In this document: piece by piece, positions 1 through 12,604 of the stretch
Layout of the letters: each line of letters opens with the position of its first letter
Numbering within the stretch: the stretch's first letter is position 1
Assembly (NCBI RefSeq): GCF_964213995.1
Contig: NC_135818.1
Location: 47,058,001-47,122,000 of the forward strand
Direction of reading: 5' to 3'
From: Mustelus asterias
Lineage: Eukaryota
DNA: 64,000 nucleotides
Position numbers and translations under genes: made by a program
Notes under the pieces: generated by a model
Databases searched by the model: none
What the model saw: only the letters and a program-made list of their open reading frames with translations
What the model was told of the DNA's origin: nothing

Positions 1-271
1 GATTTACAGCACAAAATTCACCCAAAAAAAGGCAATTACATTTATCTGTCCTTGAAATTGCATTTCCCGTGGACTAATCATGAACCAGCATTTACAGCAA
101 TCACAAATAAATTCAGTCTGCGCCATACTGTTCTATTAACTATAAGAGCGCGAAAGCAGTTAATGACTTCTTTTAAACTGAAATACTGTAAGTTATGAGT
201 CCATTCCACATATTTACATTCTCAGAATGTGCCACTAAAACTCATCGGAACATGTGCACTCTTGGTCATAC

Positions 272-347
272 CTTCGTGTCTGCTGCCATCTGCTGGTTCA
301 GTTGGAAGGTGTCTTGCGGTTGCTTGTTCATGATTTGAACTTGGACA
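272..347 (-). CDS. candidate internal TALPID3 exon (CPSSNHEQATARHLPTEPADGSRHE)
   Basis: Acceptor ttttttgtattcataaaaccag and donor GAAG|GTATGA around an open 76-nt frame in non-repetitive DNA on the TALPID3 strand; no recognisable peptide similarity. Confidence 0.35.
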
Positions 348-619
348 CTGGTTTTATGAATACAAAAAATCAGTAAATTTTCTAAAATTTTTCAAAGACG
401 TGCATCAATTCACAAAATTGGAATCAAGAAAAGATTTTCAAAACAAATTGCTTTCTTGCTCTTCCTCATTCTTTGCAAAAGGTTTATTTCCCACATTACA
501 ATTACTTTTTGGTCGACCTGAAGCTTTTAAATTAGCTATTAAAATCCAATACTTTAACTAGTGAGCCTAACTTTCCATACTTATGTACTGATATCACAAA
601 GCAAGTGCAGAATAGTCTG

Positions 620-2540
620 CAGGAGAGACATGGAACAACCGAAGTCATAGTACATGCTGAAAGTAACAACTCATGAAGGAAAAGACCGACGGTTCTGCAG
701 TTCAAGAGATAGGGAAGAAATTAAACAGCAAGTCCTCAAAAGGTGGTAATCTCAGGATTACTCAGTGTCACAAACTAGGGAGGGATAGTAAAATAAGACA
801 TGTTAATGTGTGGCTGGACAAATAGTGATGGGGTTCAAAGTCCTGGAGCACTGAGACTACTTCCAGTACTTATGTACAAGATGCATGGGTTACATCTCAA
901 CCAATTTCACTGCACCATGGTTAACTTATGCTGTGGACGAGGCAGAGCAAATTAATTTGGCAGGAGGCAGCACACCAGGTTGAAGCATTGGAGAGAAATA
1001 AAATGGGAGAGACAAACAGCATAAGAATAAAGAGTACTGTAGAATTGTAGAATAAAGAAACATAGAAGGGATTAGACAGAGGAGGAAGGCAGGCCAAAAT
1101 GGATACGGAATGCATGTAATATATGCATGGAACATGGTTAATATGATAGGTGGGCTGCTAGCACAAATTGCCACATGGGATTATGATGTAAAGTCCTGCT
1201 GTTCACAAGGGTTTATTCACATTAAACCTCGCAAATGGCGAAATCCCCAACTACGAACACGTTTCTCAAAGAATCTTAATTAGATATATTCCAGCAAATT
1301 GTGATGCAGTGTGTGTGGGGGACAGACGGGGGAGCCTCTGAGCAGTAACACATCGATCAAAAATTCAAAATTGTTTGGGCTGCACTTCAGCTCCCAGAAT
1401 AATAATCATTATCAAAAAAATGCCTCGATTGCCACTTTATATCTTGAAAGAGCCGAGGCAAGAATGAGCTGCTGCCCAGAAAGCTTCTTCCCACTTGAAT
1501 CAACAAACATTCAGCACCGGCCAAAAGCCTTTGGGAAAGAGAGAAGGAGCAAAAACATCGATAAACAAAACATTGCTCTGAAATGCGGTGTACAAAATAC
1601 AGAGTGCAGGTAAGTGAAAACGAGAACAAGGAAGTCACGAAAGGCGGGACCTAGCTGTGGTGCCAATAACAGAAACCCGGCTCAAACAAGGGAAGGATTG
1701 GGAATTTAATATTCCTAATTACAGGATAGTCCGGAAAGAGAGGAAGGAACGGCAGTATTAAAAAGAAATGATGTACTTGAAACTCCAAAGACAAAATCCA
1801 TTTGGTTGGAATTAAGGAGCAATAGCAAAGCTATTTTGGCGTTGGGTGAATCCTATATGTCACCAAATAATAGGAAGAATATAGAAGAGTAAATTGGGGG
1901 GGGGGGGGGGGGGGATCATAAAGTTACAAGAACTATAGATTAAGTAAAGTGGAAAATTCAATTATCCTAACATAGGAGAGTTAAGGGTAAAGGGGAGGAA
2001 TTTCTGATATATGTAGAAGAGAACTTTCTTGATCAGTATATTTGCAGCCTGACAAAAGGAGGAAGCAGTTCTGGATCTGCTTCCAGGTACTGAAGTGGGG
2101 CAAGTGGATCATGTTTCAGTTGTGAAGCATTTGGGTTACAGTGAGCACAATATTAGGATTGAGTAGTTATGGAAAATGGCAAAGAGCAATCAAATGTAAA
2201 ATCACTCGATTAAAGGAGGATTAATTTCAATGTTTAAAAATATTCTGGCCCGGTGGATTGGAATCAAATACTGACACACTAAACAATGAACAAAGGTTTG
2301 GGACCTAAAAGAGAGAGAGTACCGACTCGGCACAGTGCCACACAGGCAAAAGGAAAAGAACCCAAAGTTGGAGCTCCCTGGATGATATCGAAATTAAAAC
2401 AAAACAGAAAAAGAAAGCTCACAATAAATGTCAGATCCATGATACAGGGAGAACCAGATAAATATAGAATATATAGAGACTGAAAATGGAAATAATAGGG
2501 ATAAAATATGAGAATGGATTAAAAAATATTACAAATGCAA
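620..2540 (+). mobile_element. degraded CR1 LINE (ORF1 end and AP endonuclease), interrupted
   Basis: Remnants such as WDYDV..ITETxLKQGKDWEFNIP, ENFLDQY and EHLGYSEHNI. Confidence 0.7.
1191..1655 (+). mobile_element. degraded Penelope-like GIY-YIG endonuclease fragment interrupting a CR1 endonuclease region
   Basis: Frame-broken SKNLIRYI..NCDAVCVG/GQTGEPL...LFGLHFSSQ...LERAEARM resembles the PLE GIY-YIG domain; CR1 YDV|VxITET is split around it. Confidence 0.45.
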
Positions 2541-2849
2541 AGTCCTCTGCCTCCAAGAAAATATCTCCACTTTGTTCCCTAATTGGCCCCACCCTTCCTT
2601 TGACTACTTTTTAACTATTTATATTTATAAAAGACTTATTTTGTTACCTAAACCATTCTCAAATAATAACAGAAAATGCTGGAAATGCTGACATGGAGGT
2701 AGCAGCTTATCTTCTTGCCTGGTCCCTTTAAAAAAACAAAGTGGCAATCGAGGTTCTTTTTGATAATGATTATTATTCTGGGAGTTGATGTAGAACCCAA
2801 AATGAAAATGTTGGAGATATTCATCAGGTCTAGCAGCATCTGTGGAGCG

Positions 2850-3125
2850 TTTAGTTTATTTAGTGTCACAAGTAGGCTTATATTAACACTTCAATGAAGT
2901 TAATGTGAAAATCCCCTAGTCACCACATTCCAGCGCCTGTTCGGGTACACTGAGGGAGAATTCAGCATTGTCAATGCACCTAACCAGCATATCTTTCAGA
3001 CTGTGGGAGGAAACCGGAGCAAACCCACGCAGACACGGGGGAGAATGTGCAGATTCTGCACCCCAAACCGGGAATTGAACCTGACGCTGTGAGGCAGCAG
3101 TGCTAACCACTGTGCCACCTTGCTG
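2850..3125 (-). mobile_element. HE1/V-SINE, tail type 1
   Basis: Reverse complement of the 12605 element. Confidence 0.82.
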
Positions 3126-3404
3126 CCCTCAAGAGAAGCAGAATTAACAGTGATAACCTCTTGCCAGAGATAACTCTGTTTTGCTCTCTCTTCAAATGCT
3201 GCTACACCTGCTAAGCATTTCCAGCATTTTCTGTTCTTATTATTTGAGAATGGTTTGGGTAACAAAATAAGTCTTTCATAAACATATAAATAGTTATAAA
3301 GTAGTCAAAGGAAGGGTGGGGCCAATTAGGAAACAAAGGGGGGATATTCTCATGGAGACACAGGACTTGGCTCAGATACAAAATGAGTACTTTAAAAGAA
3401 CACA

Positions 3405-3920
3405 AGAAATAGGAACAGGAGCAGGCCATACAACCTTTAAACCTTCTCCATCATTCTGTAAAAACATAGCTGACCTTCCATCTCAGATCCACTTTTCCAC
3501 CTACCCCCTCTTAGCCTTGACTTCCTTAGTGCCCAAAAATCTATTGGTCTCAGTCTTGAATATTCTGAACAATGAGTAACCACAGCCCTCTGGGGTACAG
3601 TCTAAAGATTCACAACTCTGAGTGAAGCGATTTCTCCTCATCTCATTCTAAATGACTGACCCCTTATCCCGAGACTAGTTCTAAAATCTCATACCAGGGA
3701 AACAGCCTGTCAACATCTATTCTGTCAAGCCCTCCAAAATCTTTTATGCTTCGAAGACAACACCTCTTGTTCTTCAAAAATCGAGAAAATATACATGCAT
3801 TCTGCACTCTCTCCTCAAAGGCCAACCTTCTCACCCCAAAACTCAATCTATAGAACTTTCATTGATAACTCCTCGAAAGCAAGTAATAGCTTCCTTAGGT
3901 GTAGAGATTAAAAGTGTACA
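3405..3920 (-). mobile_element. CR1 3' fragment
   Basis: Reverse complement of the CR1 3'UTR (GAAATAGGAACAGGAGCAGGCCAT on plus) and RT tail. Confidence 0.7.
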
Positions 3921-3924
3921 CAAG

Positions 3925-5920
3925 TGTAGGAGAATCCCAAGGTTTTTATGCATATATTAGGAGCAAGAGGGTAGCAAGAGAAAGAGTAGGCCTAATCGAA
4001 GACAGTGGAGGGAAGTTATGTGTGGAGCCACAGGAAATGGGTGAAATCCTTAATGAGTACTTCGTATCGGTATTCACCAAGGGGAAGGACATGACGGATG
4101 TTGAGGTCAGGGATAGGCCTGTGAACGCTCTAGAGAATGTCAATATATCGAAAGAGGAAGTGTTGAGTATGCTAAATTGCATTAAGGTAGACAAGTCCCC
4201 AGGGCTGGATAGGATCTATCTATCTATTACTGGGGGAGGCAAGGGAAGAAATAGCTGGGGCCTTAACAGATATCTTCATATCCTCTTTGACCACAGGTGA
4301 GGTTCCAGGGGACTGGAGAATAGCCAATGTTGTTCCCTTGTTTAAAAAAAGGAAGCAGGAATAATCCAGGAAATTATTGGCCAATGAGCCTGACATCAGT
4401 GGTGGGGAAACTTTTGGATAAGATAATGAGGGACAGGATATATGCACATTTGGAAGAAAATGGACTAGTTAGTGACAGGCCGCATGGTTTCATACAGGAA
4501 CTGTCATGTCGCACCAACTTGATTTGAGTTTTTTTTGAAGAGGTGACAAGATAATTGATGAGGGAAGGGCTGTGGATGTAGTTTATCTGGACTTTAGTAA
4601 GGTGTTTGACAAGGTCCCACATGGCAGACTGGTACAAAAACTAAAATCACATGGGATTCGGGGTGGGCCGGCTGGATGGATACAGAACTGACTTGGTTAT
4701 AGAAGACAGAGTGTAGCGGTGGAAGGGTGTTTTTCAGCAAGAATATCAATAGCTAGTGATGTTCTTCAGGGATCAGGGCTGGGAACTCTGTTGTTTGTAG
4801 TATATATAAATGATCTGGAGGAAAATGTGGGGGGTCTGATTAGTAAGTCTGCGGATGGCACAAAGATTGGTGGACTTGCTGATAGTGCCAGGGACTGTCA
4901 GAGGATACAACAGGGTATAGATAGATTGGAGACTTAGGCACAGAAATGACAGATGGAGTTTAATCCAGACAAATGTGAGGTGAAGCATTTTGGGGGATCA
5001 AATTTAGGTGTGAATTATACTGTAAATGGCAGAGCCCTCAGGAACATCAACATACAGAGGGATCTGGGCATGCAGGTCCACAGTTCCCTAAAAGTAGTAA
5101 CACAGGTGGCAAAGGTGATTAAGAAAGCATATGGCATGCTTGTCCTTAATCAGCCGGGGCATTGAGTACAAGAGTTGAGAAATCATGTGGCAGATATATA
5201 AAACCTTAATTAGGCCGCATTTGGAGTATTGCGTTCAGTTCTGGTCACCACACTACTAGAAGGATGTGGAAGATTTGGAGAGAGTGCAAAGAAGGTTCAC
5301 CAGAATGTTGCCTGGTCTCGAGGGTGTTGGTTATGAGGAGAGGTTGAATAAACCCTGCAGTATAAATATCTCCCACTTTCTATGCCTTTTAGCTTTGACA
5401 AAGGGTCATCTGGACTCAAAGCGTCAGCTCTTTTCTCTCCTTACAGATGCTGCCAGACCTGCTGAGATTTTCCAGCGTTTTCTCTTTTGGTTGAATAAAC
5501 TAGGATTGTTTTCACTGGAAAAATGGAGGCTGAGGTAAGACCTGATAGAGATCTACAAAATTATGAGAGACATAGACAGGGTGGATAGTCAGAGGCTTTT
5601 TTCCAAGAGTGGAAGTGTCAATTACAAGGTGGCACAGGTTCAAGGTGAGAGGGGGAAAATTTAAGGGTGTTGTGCGGGAAAAGTTTTTCATGCAGAGATT
5701 CATCGGTACCTGGAACACGCTGCCATAAGATGTGATGGAAGCAGGCACATTAGCAACATTTAAGAGGCATCTGGATGGGTACATGAATAGGGAGGGAATA
5801 GAGGGATATGTAGCGAGTAAGGGCAGAACATTTTTTTTTAGTTTAGTAAGGCATCATGATCAACACAGGTTTGGAGGGCTGAATGGCCTGTTCCTGTGCT
5901 GTATTTTTCTTTGTTCTTTA
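3925..5920 (+). mobile_element. CR1 LINE 3' portion (RT, pseudogenised)
   Basis: ORF fragments VDKSPGLD, NPGNYWPMSLTSVVGK, LFVVYINDL..ISKSADGTKIG and ERVQRRFTRM; CR1 3'UTR GGGCTGAATGGCCTGTTCCTGTGCTG. Confidence 0.92.
5354..5488 (+). mobile_element. short Penelope-like terminus (family B) inserted in CR1
   Basis: 12-bp duplication GGTTGAATAAAC (5342-5353 / 5489-5500); degenerate hammerhead-like motif at 5391-5429; tail CAGATGCTGCCAGACCTGCTGAGATTTTCCAGC. Confidence 0.65.
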
Positions 5921-6988
5921 GTACTCCAGATATGGTTTCACCAAATAAACAACAAGACTTTCTTATTCGTATACTCTAACTCCCTTGCAATAAAGGTTAA
6001 TATAACCACTTGCCTTCCTAATTGCTTGCTGTACGTTAACTTCCTGTGCATCCAGATCCCTCTGCAAATAAGTTTTAGTTCTATTCTTCCTACATAAGTG
6101 GATAATTTCACATTTCCTCGTAACCTACTTCATCTGCAAACTTCTTATCCACTCACCTCACCTGTATATATCCCTTTATGTAATTCTCAGCTTATTTTTC
6201 CACACAGATTTGTATTTGTTACATGTTTAGGAAGGATGCAGGTTTCTTTAAGATCTGATCACATGATTTGATGGTGATGTCATTAGGGTGTGTACTTAGG
6301 CTGCTGTTTTACTTTCAAATTTGCATTTGATGCAGTGCAGCGAGCAGCTCTTCGATAAAATCTGTTGTATTGTTTGAATCTACGTGTGCAAGCTATGTTC
6401 TTTTCTTTGTTAAAACCCACAACCCCTAACAAAGTTAGGTCATTACAGAAAGAAAATTGGCGATGAGGATGAGATTTTGTTTCATTGAGAAAAGATCCTA
6501 AGTCGCAGGAAAAAAAAATGTGGATCCTCACACTGGGGAGAAGCAACAACAGGATTAAAGATTAAACTGCCAGTGCCAGGAAGAAATAAGAAAAAAGCTC
6601 TCTGTGTTGTTTTTAAAAGGGGTGTTTTTCCAATCAGAGAAGGGAGAGATTCCAGGCAGTATCTGGAATATTTGAAAAGAGTGTATGCTGTGCTGTATAG
6701 CTGAGGCTATTAAAAAAATACATCAAGTCAACGATCTCCAGATTAAAAAAGGGAATGCTGAGAAGACAGTATTAAAAAATATATAGTGAGCAGTCTTGAG
6801 TTGCTGGTGCCTGCAAAATAAATGGTGGATCAGTTAGAATCCATGGGTCCTTTCAATTGAGAAAATGAATCTTGGAGTTCCTGTGCCAAGCGTTTTCAGT
6901 GCTTTGTACAAGCGAATAAACCAATTTTTCTCAGTACAATAAGATGTAAACTTGTAATTTGCTCTAAAGCTTGGTTCAACCAACAAAG

Positions 6989-7175
6989 TAAGAAGTTTAA
7001 CAACACCAGGTTAAAGTCCAACAGGTTTATTTGGTAGCAAAAGCCACACAAGCTTTCGGAGCTGCAAGCCCCTTCTTCAGGTGAGTGGGAATTCTGTTCA
7101 CAAACAGAGCATATAAAGACACAAACTCAACTTACATGAATACTTAGGATCCAACGCCGGCATCTCCACATCATG
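6989..7175 (-). mobile_element. Penelope-like terminal fragment (family A) with inverted tail, inserted in Gypsy gag
   Basis: 13-bp duplication TCAACCAACAAAG (6976-6988 / 7176-7188). The body is in minus orientation, followed by the 3' tail TCCAACGCCGGCATCTCCACATCAT in plus. Confidence 0.7.
7046..7084 (-). ncRNA. second copy of the minimal hammerhead motif
   Basis: Minus strand TCAC-CTGAAGA-A-GGGGC-TTGCA-GCTCC-GAAA-GCTT-GTGT; stem II retained through a G-U pair while the loop differs. Confidence 0.7.
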
Positions 7176-7699
7176 TCAACCAACAAAGCCAGGAAGCAAA
7201 ACTTACAATGACTTGACAAAGATCCTTGAAGAGCATTACGTTCCAAAGCCATTGATCATTGCAGAACGGTTCAGGTTCCACCAAAGGAATCAAATGGAAG
7301 GCAAAAGCATTGCTCAGTTTGTGGCAACCTTAAAAAGGCTCGCACAGCATTGTGAGTTTGGCGAGTCACAGCAGATTCTCTTCGCAATCATCTGGTTTGT
7401 GGTCTCCAAAATGTGGCTCTCCAAAGAAGATTACTTACTGAACATGCTTTTTCTTTAAAGACAGCCCTAAAAATCGCAGTGTCGATGGAACAGACTGTCA
7501 AAGAGGCTTCACAATTTGGTGCAGGAATGAAGATCCAAAGATTGGGAACTGCCGATAAGTCAAAACAGCAAAACACATGTCACAGATGTGCCAAAATGGG
7601 TCATTCGAGTGAATGCTGGGTAATTTTCTCAGGATCAAAATAGACACTTGTGCAACCTGCTGACAACAGTCATTTGATCTGGTGTACAAAATGTTTCTG

Positions 7700-8610
7700 T
7701 GTTGTGGTCCACAATCACTCAGTGGTCTCTTTTGTCAGATTGCACAGAAGGGCAGGTAGTGAGGAGGATATTGAGGACAGGAATGAAGCACCTAGAGTAC
7801 ATGTGTCCTAGCAGACTTTGCATTTCCAGTTTGTAGGATCCACAGCATTTGCAATGATTTCAATTTCCTGTGATACTCCTTCACCTCTGAATACATGACG
7901 AAAGAATCGAATTCTGCTTTCACTGATCAAGCACCTTGAACATAAACGAGGTTATATTCTCATTGTAGGCATGCTTGTAGGCTTGTCTCAAGTTCACTTT
8001 CAGTGCAATGATAAAGAGGAGAATGCCATCACTGATGTTCAGCATGCAAGTCCTTAAAGTACAGACTGAATCATATGCTGAAATACCTCAGCTGCTGAGT
8101 TGGTTCCAAAGTTGAGCTTCTTGTATCAAAAAAGTCCAATGCGAATGATGAATACTGTAAGATACCTTGATTCGTCTGCAAGTCAGATATCAATGAATAT
8201 CAGTGTCAAGTGCCATCCTTGTTGAATGGCTTAGTTTGGTGACCGCATTTCAATGCACATTCTAATCTGGTTCTGACTCTTTGCTTTTTTGATGATGTAT
8301 TTGTGAGGGTCAAAGGGTCAGCCCCAAATTTCTCAATAATATAAAGGTCAAGTAGGCGCTGAAGTTCCTTCTCTGTTTGCTTTCTGACATGAAAAGGTAT
8401 TCATGACCATTGACACATGATTGGGGGCACAGTAGGCTCTACATGAAGCTTGAATTTAAAACCTTTCAATTTGCTGATGCCAGCAAACTGAAGAATGCTG
8501 TTGGCACACATAGGAATTGCATATGTGACTGCAATATTCTGCAGATCCATTGCTGTGTGGAAACTGTGTCAAATTTGCCATGTATTAAAATGTCATTGAA
8601 TGAGACTGGC
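7700..8610 (-). mobile_element. degraded Gypsy reverse transcriptase fragment (separate element, opposite strand)
   Basis: Minus strand reads RYLTVF..IGLF.YKKLNFGTNSAAEVFQHMIQSVL...LNISDG, matching Gypsy RT (YKRLNFG...NISDD). Confidence 0.7.
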
Positions 8611-8614
8611 GTTT

Positions 8615-9057
8615 ATAGAATCCTAAAGTGCAGAAGGAGGCCGTTCGGCCCATCAAGTCTGCACCAACCATAATCCTATCCAGGCCCTATACGCATTACC
8701 CCATGCATTTCCCGTAGCTAGTCCTCCTGACACGAAGGGGCAATTTAGCATGGCCAATCCACCTAACCCACACATCTTTGGTCTGTGGGAGGAATGATGT
8801 GGAGATGCCGGCGTTGGACTGGGGTAAACACAGTAAGAAGTTTAACAACACCAGGTTAAAGTCCAACAGGTTTATTTGGTAGCAAAAGCCAGCAGATTCC
8901 TCCCTGTGGGAGGAAACCAGAGCACCCGGGGTAAACCTACACAAACATGGGGCGACTATGCAAACTCCACATAGATAGTGACTCAAGCTGGTAATCGAAC
9001 CCAGGTCCCTGGCACTGTGAGGCTGCAGTGCTAACCACTGTGCCATCATGCCGCCCT
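8615..9057 (-). mobile_element. HE1/V-SINE, CR1-like tail type 2 (hosts a family A insert)
   Basis: Head at 9057; tail ...GATGGGCCGAACGGCCTCCTTCTGCACT..GATTCTAT. Confidence 0.85.
8794..8903 (-). mobile_element. Penelope-like terminal fragment (family A) inserted in a V-SINE
   Basis: Same sequence as the 36916-37010 segment; duplication CTGTGGGAGGA (8783-8793 / 8904-8914). Confidence 0.72.
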
Positions 9058-10219
9058 AAAAAATCCTGAGAACTTTTGAGTGGTTTACCATTGTTGTAAG
9101 GGAATTTTTTCATCTTCCCAGGTAACTTCCTATCTTTAGTACTCTATTAATAAAGTCAAGGATTCCATATGCTTTTTTAACAGTCTTCCTCACTTGTCCT
9201 ACCACCTTCAAATATTTATGCATACCCACCCAGGTCCTTCTGTTTCTACATTTGGAGTTGCAAGACCCAAAACTCAAGGGTATTTCTATGAAATAGAGAT
9301 GCTTGAGCAGCATCATGCCTCTGCAAAGCTTTGGTGATTGAACTTCAAGATGTGAGCCAACTGGCAGTACTCTTGTACTCTTTTTCTTAACAGTCCTTCA
9401 TGGCAATATCAGACTTGTCATCTTTGCAACCCCAAATGATATATGACTGTTTTATTGGATTCGCCAACTAAAAAGCAGCAAATGGAGTGGCAGAACGGAG
9501 CACAGCTTCAAAACCATGCCGTCACTGTATCTCATTGATGTCAGCATCTATGTAGGATTGCATCGGATACATGGCACAGAAACAAGCCATTCAGCCCAAG
9601 AAGCCCAGATCAAATGATTGTTGTCAGCAGATTGCACAGGTGTTTATTTTAATCCTTAGAAAACTACTCAGTTAATCGTGAATCCCACTATAAACTTTCC
9701 TTCAATTCAAAAAACAACCATTCACCCTACTCTCCTTTTCCTGTCACTCAGCCAATTTTGTATCGATATTGCTACTGTCCCTTTTATTCCATGAGCTCTA
9801 ATTTTGCTCATAGGTCTGTCGCGCAGCACTATTATCAAATGTCTTTTGGAAGTCAATGTACACCATATCAACAGCATTATGCTCATTAACCCTCTGTTAC
9901 CTCTTCAAAAAAAAAACGCAAGTTAGTTAAATACAACATGCCCTTAACAAGTGCATGTTGGCCTTGCTTAATTAACCTACATTTGCCCAAATTTCTATTA
10001 ATTTTGACCAGAATTCTTATGACGAGAGGTTTCTTTTTTTTAAAACAGGACCTGAGTGTCACTGGCTTGGTCAGCATATATTGCTCATCCCTAACCACGC
10101 TCCATTACAGAAGACATTTAAGAGTTAACCACATTGCTGTGGGTCTGAAGTCACACGTAGGCCAGACCAGGTAAGGACAGCAGATATCCTTCCCTAAAGG
10201 ATATTAGTGAACCAGATGA

Positions 10220-11550
10220 GTAGATTGAACCTGTATTCATTTGAGTTTAGAAGAATGAGGTGTGACATTGAGACATATTGGACTCTCAGGGGGCTTGACA
10301 GGGTAGATGCTTAAGTTTCTGCTTGTGGGAGCACGACCAGAGAGCATAATATAAGAATAAGGCGTCATCCATTTCAGACAGAGATGAGGAGGAATTTCTT
10401 CTTTCAGAGGGTAGTGAATCTGTGGAATTCTTTACTGCAGAGGGCTGTAGAGACTGGGTTGTTAAGTACGTTCAAGGATGAGATAGACAGATTTTTAATC
10501 AGTAAGGGACTCATGGGTTATGGGATAAGACAGGAAAGTGGAGTAGAGGATTATCATATCACCAAAATTGATGGCACAGTGGACAGTGAAGAAGATTATC
10601 TCGGATTGCAACGGGATCTTGATCAATTGGGCCAGTGGCCTGACGAATGGCAGGTGGAGTTTAATTTAAATAAATGCGAGGTGATGCATTTTGGCAGATT
10701 GAACTTGACTGACTCAGTTAATGGTAGGGCGTTGGGGAAAGTTACAGAACAAAGAGATCAAGAGGTTCAGGTTCATAGCTCCTTGAAAGTGGAGTCACAG
10801 GTGGACAGGGTGGTGAAGAAGGCATTCAGCATGCTTGGTTTTATTGGTCAGAACATTGAACACAGGAATTGGGACGTCTTGTTGAAGTTGTACAAGACAT
10901 TGGTACGGTCACATTTGGAATACTGTGTACAGTTCTGGTCACCCTATTATAGAATGGGTATTATTAAACTAGAAAGAGTGCAGAAAAGATTTACTAGGAT
11001 GCTACTGGGACTTGACAACTTTGAGTTATAAGGAGGCTGGATAGACTGGGACTTTTTTCTCTGGAGCGTAGAAGGCTGAGGAGTGATCTTATAGAGGTCT
11101 ATAAAATAATGAGGGGCATAGATCAGCTATATAGTCAATATCTTTTCCCAAAGGTAGGGGAGTCTAAAACTAGAGGGCATAGGTTTAAGGTGAGAGGGGA
11201 GAGATACGAAAGTGTCCAGAGGGGCAATTTTTTCACACAGAGGGTGGTGAGTGTCTGGAACAAGCTGCCAGAGGTAGTAGTAGAGGCGGGTACAATTTTG
11301 ACTTTTAAAAAGCGTTTAGACAGTTACATGGGTAAGATGGGTATAAAGGGATATAGGCCAAATTCAGGCAATTGGGACTAGCTTAGGGGTTTAAAAAAAA
11401 GAGAAGTATGGACAAGTTGGGCCGAAGGGCCTGTTTCCATGCTGTACACCTCTATGACTCTATATCAGATCAGTCATGATTTTATTGAACGGTGGAGCAG
11501 ACTCAGTGGGTCGAATGGCCTACTTCTGCTCCTCTGTCTTATGGTTTATT
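10220..11550 (+). mobile_element. two nested CR1 3' fragments (younger copy ~10560-11465)
   Basis: ORFs 10384-11031 and 11109-11381 (QVEFNLNKCEVMHFG, LEYCVQFWSP, NFFTQRVV); outer 3'UTR resumes after 11465. Confidence 0.88.
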
Positions 11551-12604
11551 AAACTGACTGGCCAGTAGTTGCTAGGCTGACATTTACACCCTTATTGAAC
11601 AAGGGTGTAACATTTGCAATTCTCCAGTCCTCTGGCACCACCCCGGAGTCGAAGGACGATTAGAAAAGTATGGCCAGTGCCTTCACAATTTCCACTCTCA
11701 TTTCTCTCAGTATACTTGGATGCATCTGGTCCTGGTTCCTTATCAACTTTAAGTACAGACAGCCTATCCAATACCTCTTCCTTATTAATTTTAAACCCTT
11801 CTTGTGTCCAAATTACCTCCTCTATAACCATGGCCTGGATAGCATCTTCCTCCTTGGTAAAGACAGCTGCAAAGTATTCACTTAATATATTAGCTATGCC
11901 TTCTGGCTCCAGGTGTAAGTCCCCCTTTAATTGGCATTCTTCCTCATGTTACCATCTTCTTAATATTTATATGCCTATAGGAGACTTTGGGATTCCCTTT
12001 TATCGTGGCTGCCAACCGCTTTTCATTCTTCCTCCCTGCTCCTTTTATTTGCTTTTTCACCTCCCTTCTGAACCTCCTATATTAAGCCTGGCTTTCAATT
12101 GTATTTTCAACTTGACATCACAAGCACACATTTTTTTCTTTATCTTAATTTCTATCTCTTTTGTCATCCAGGGAGCTCTGGCTATGTATTCCCTACCTTC
12201 CCCTATCAAGGGAATATACCTTGATTGTGCCCAAACTATCTCTTCTTTGAAGGTAGCCCATTTTTCATCTATTGTTTTTCCTGCCATCCTTTATTTGATC
12301 CATGTTTATTCTTAGCCCAATGAAATTGGCTGCCCCTGTTCATTATTCTTACTATAGATTGTCCTTTGTCCTTTTCCATAGTCAGCCTAGACCCTATGAT
12401 ACAATGATCACTGTTCCCTAAATGTTATCCTCCTGACATTTGATCCACTTGGCCTACCTCCCAAGAACAAGGTCCAACAATCCTTTGTTTCTTGTTGGAC
12501 TGGAAACAAATTGTCGTGCAAAATTTTCCTGAACACATTCTAGAAATTCTTTCCCTTCTCTGCCCTTTACACTGCTGCTATTCCAGTTCATACTTAGATA
12601 ATTA

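Larger units (their letters stand above)
6217..7640 (+). mobile_element. Gypsy LTR retrotransposon remnant: LTR (6217-6431), PBS (6458-6470), gag
   Basis: TGTTA...TAACA LTR ends; TGGCGATGAGGAT PBS-like site; gag peptide LEEHYVPKPLIIAERFRFHQRNQ...LAQHCEFG and zinc knuckle CHRCAKMGHSSEC. Confidence 0.8.

Noticed and set aside
11614-12315. 233-aa plus-strand ORF
   Set aside because: Antisense to a CR1 fragment.
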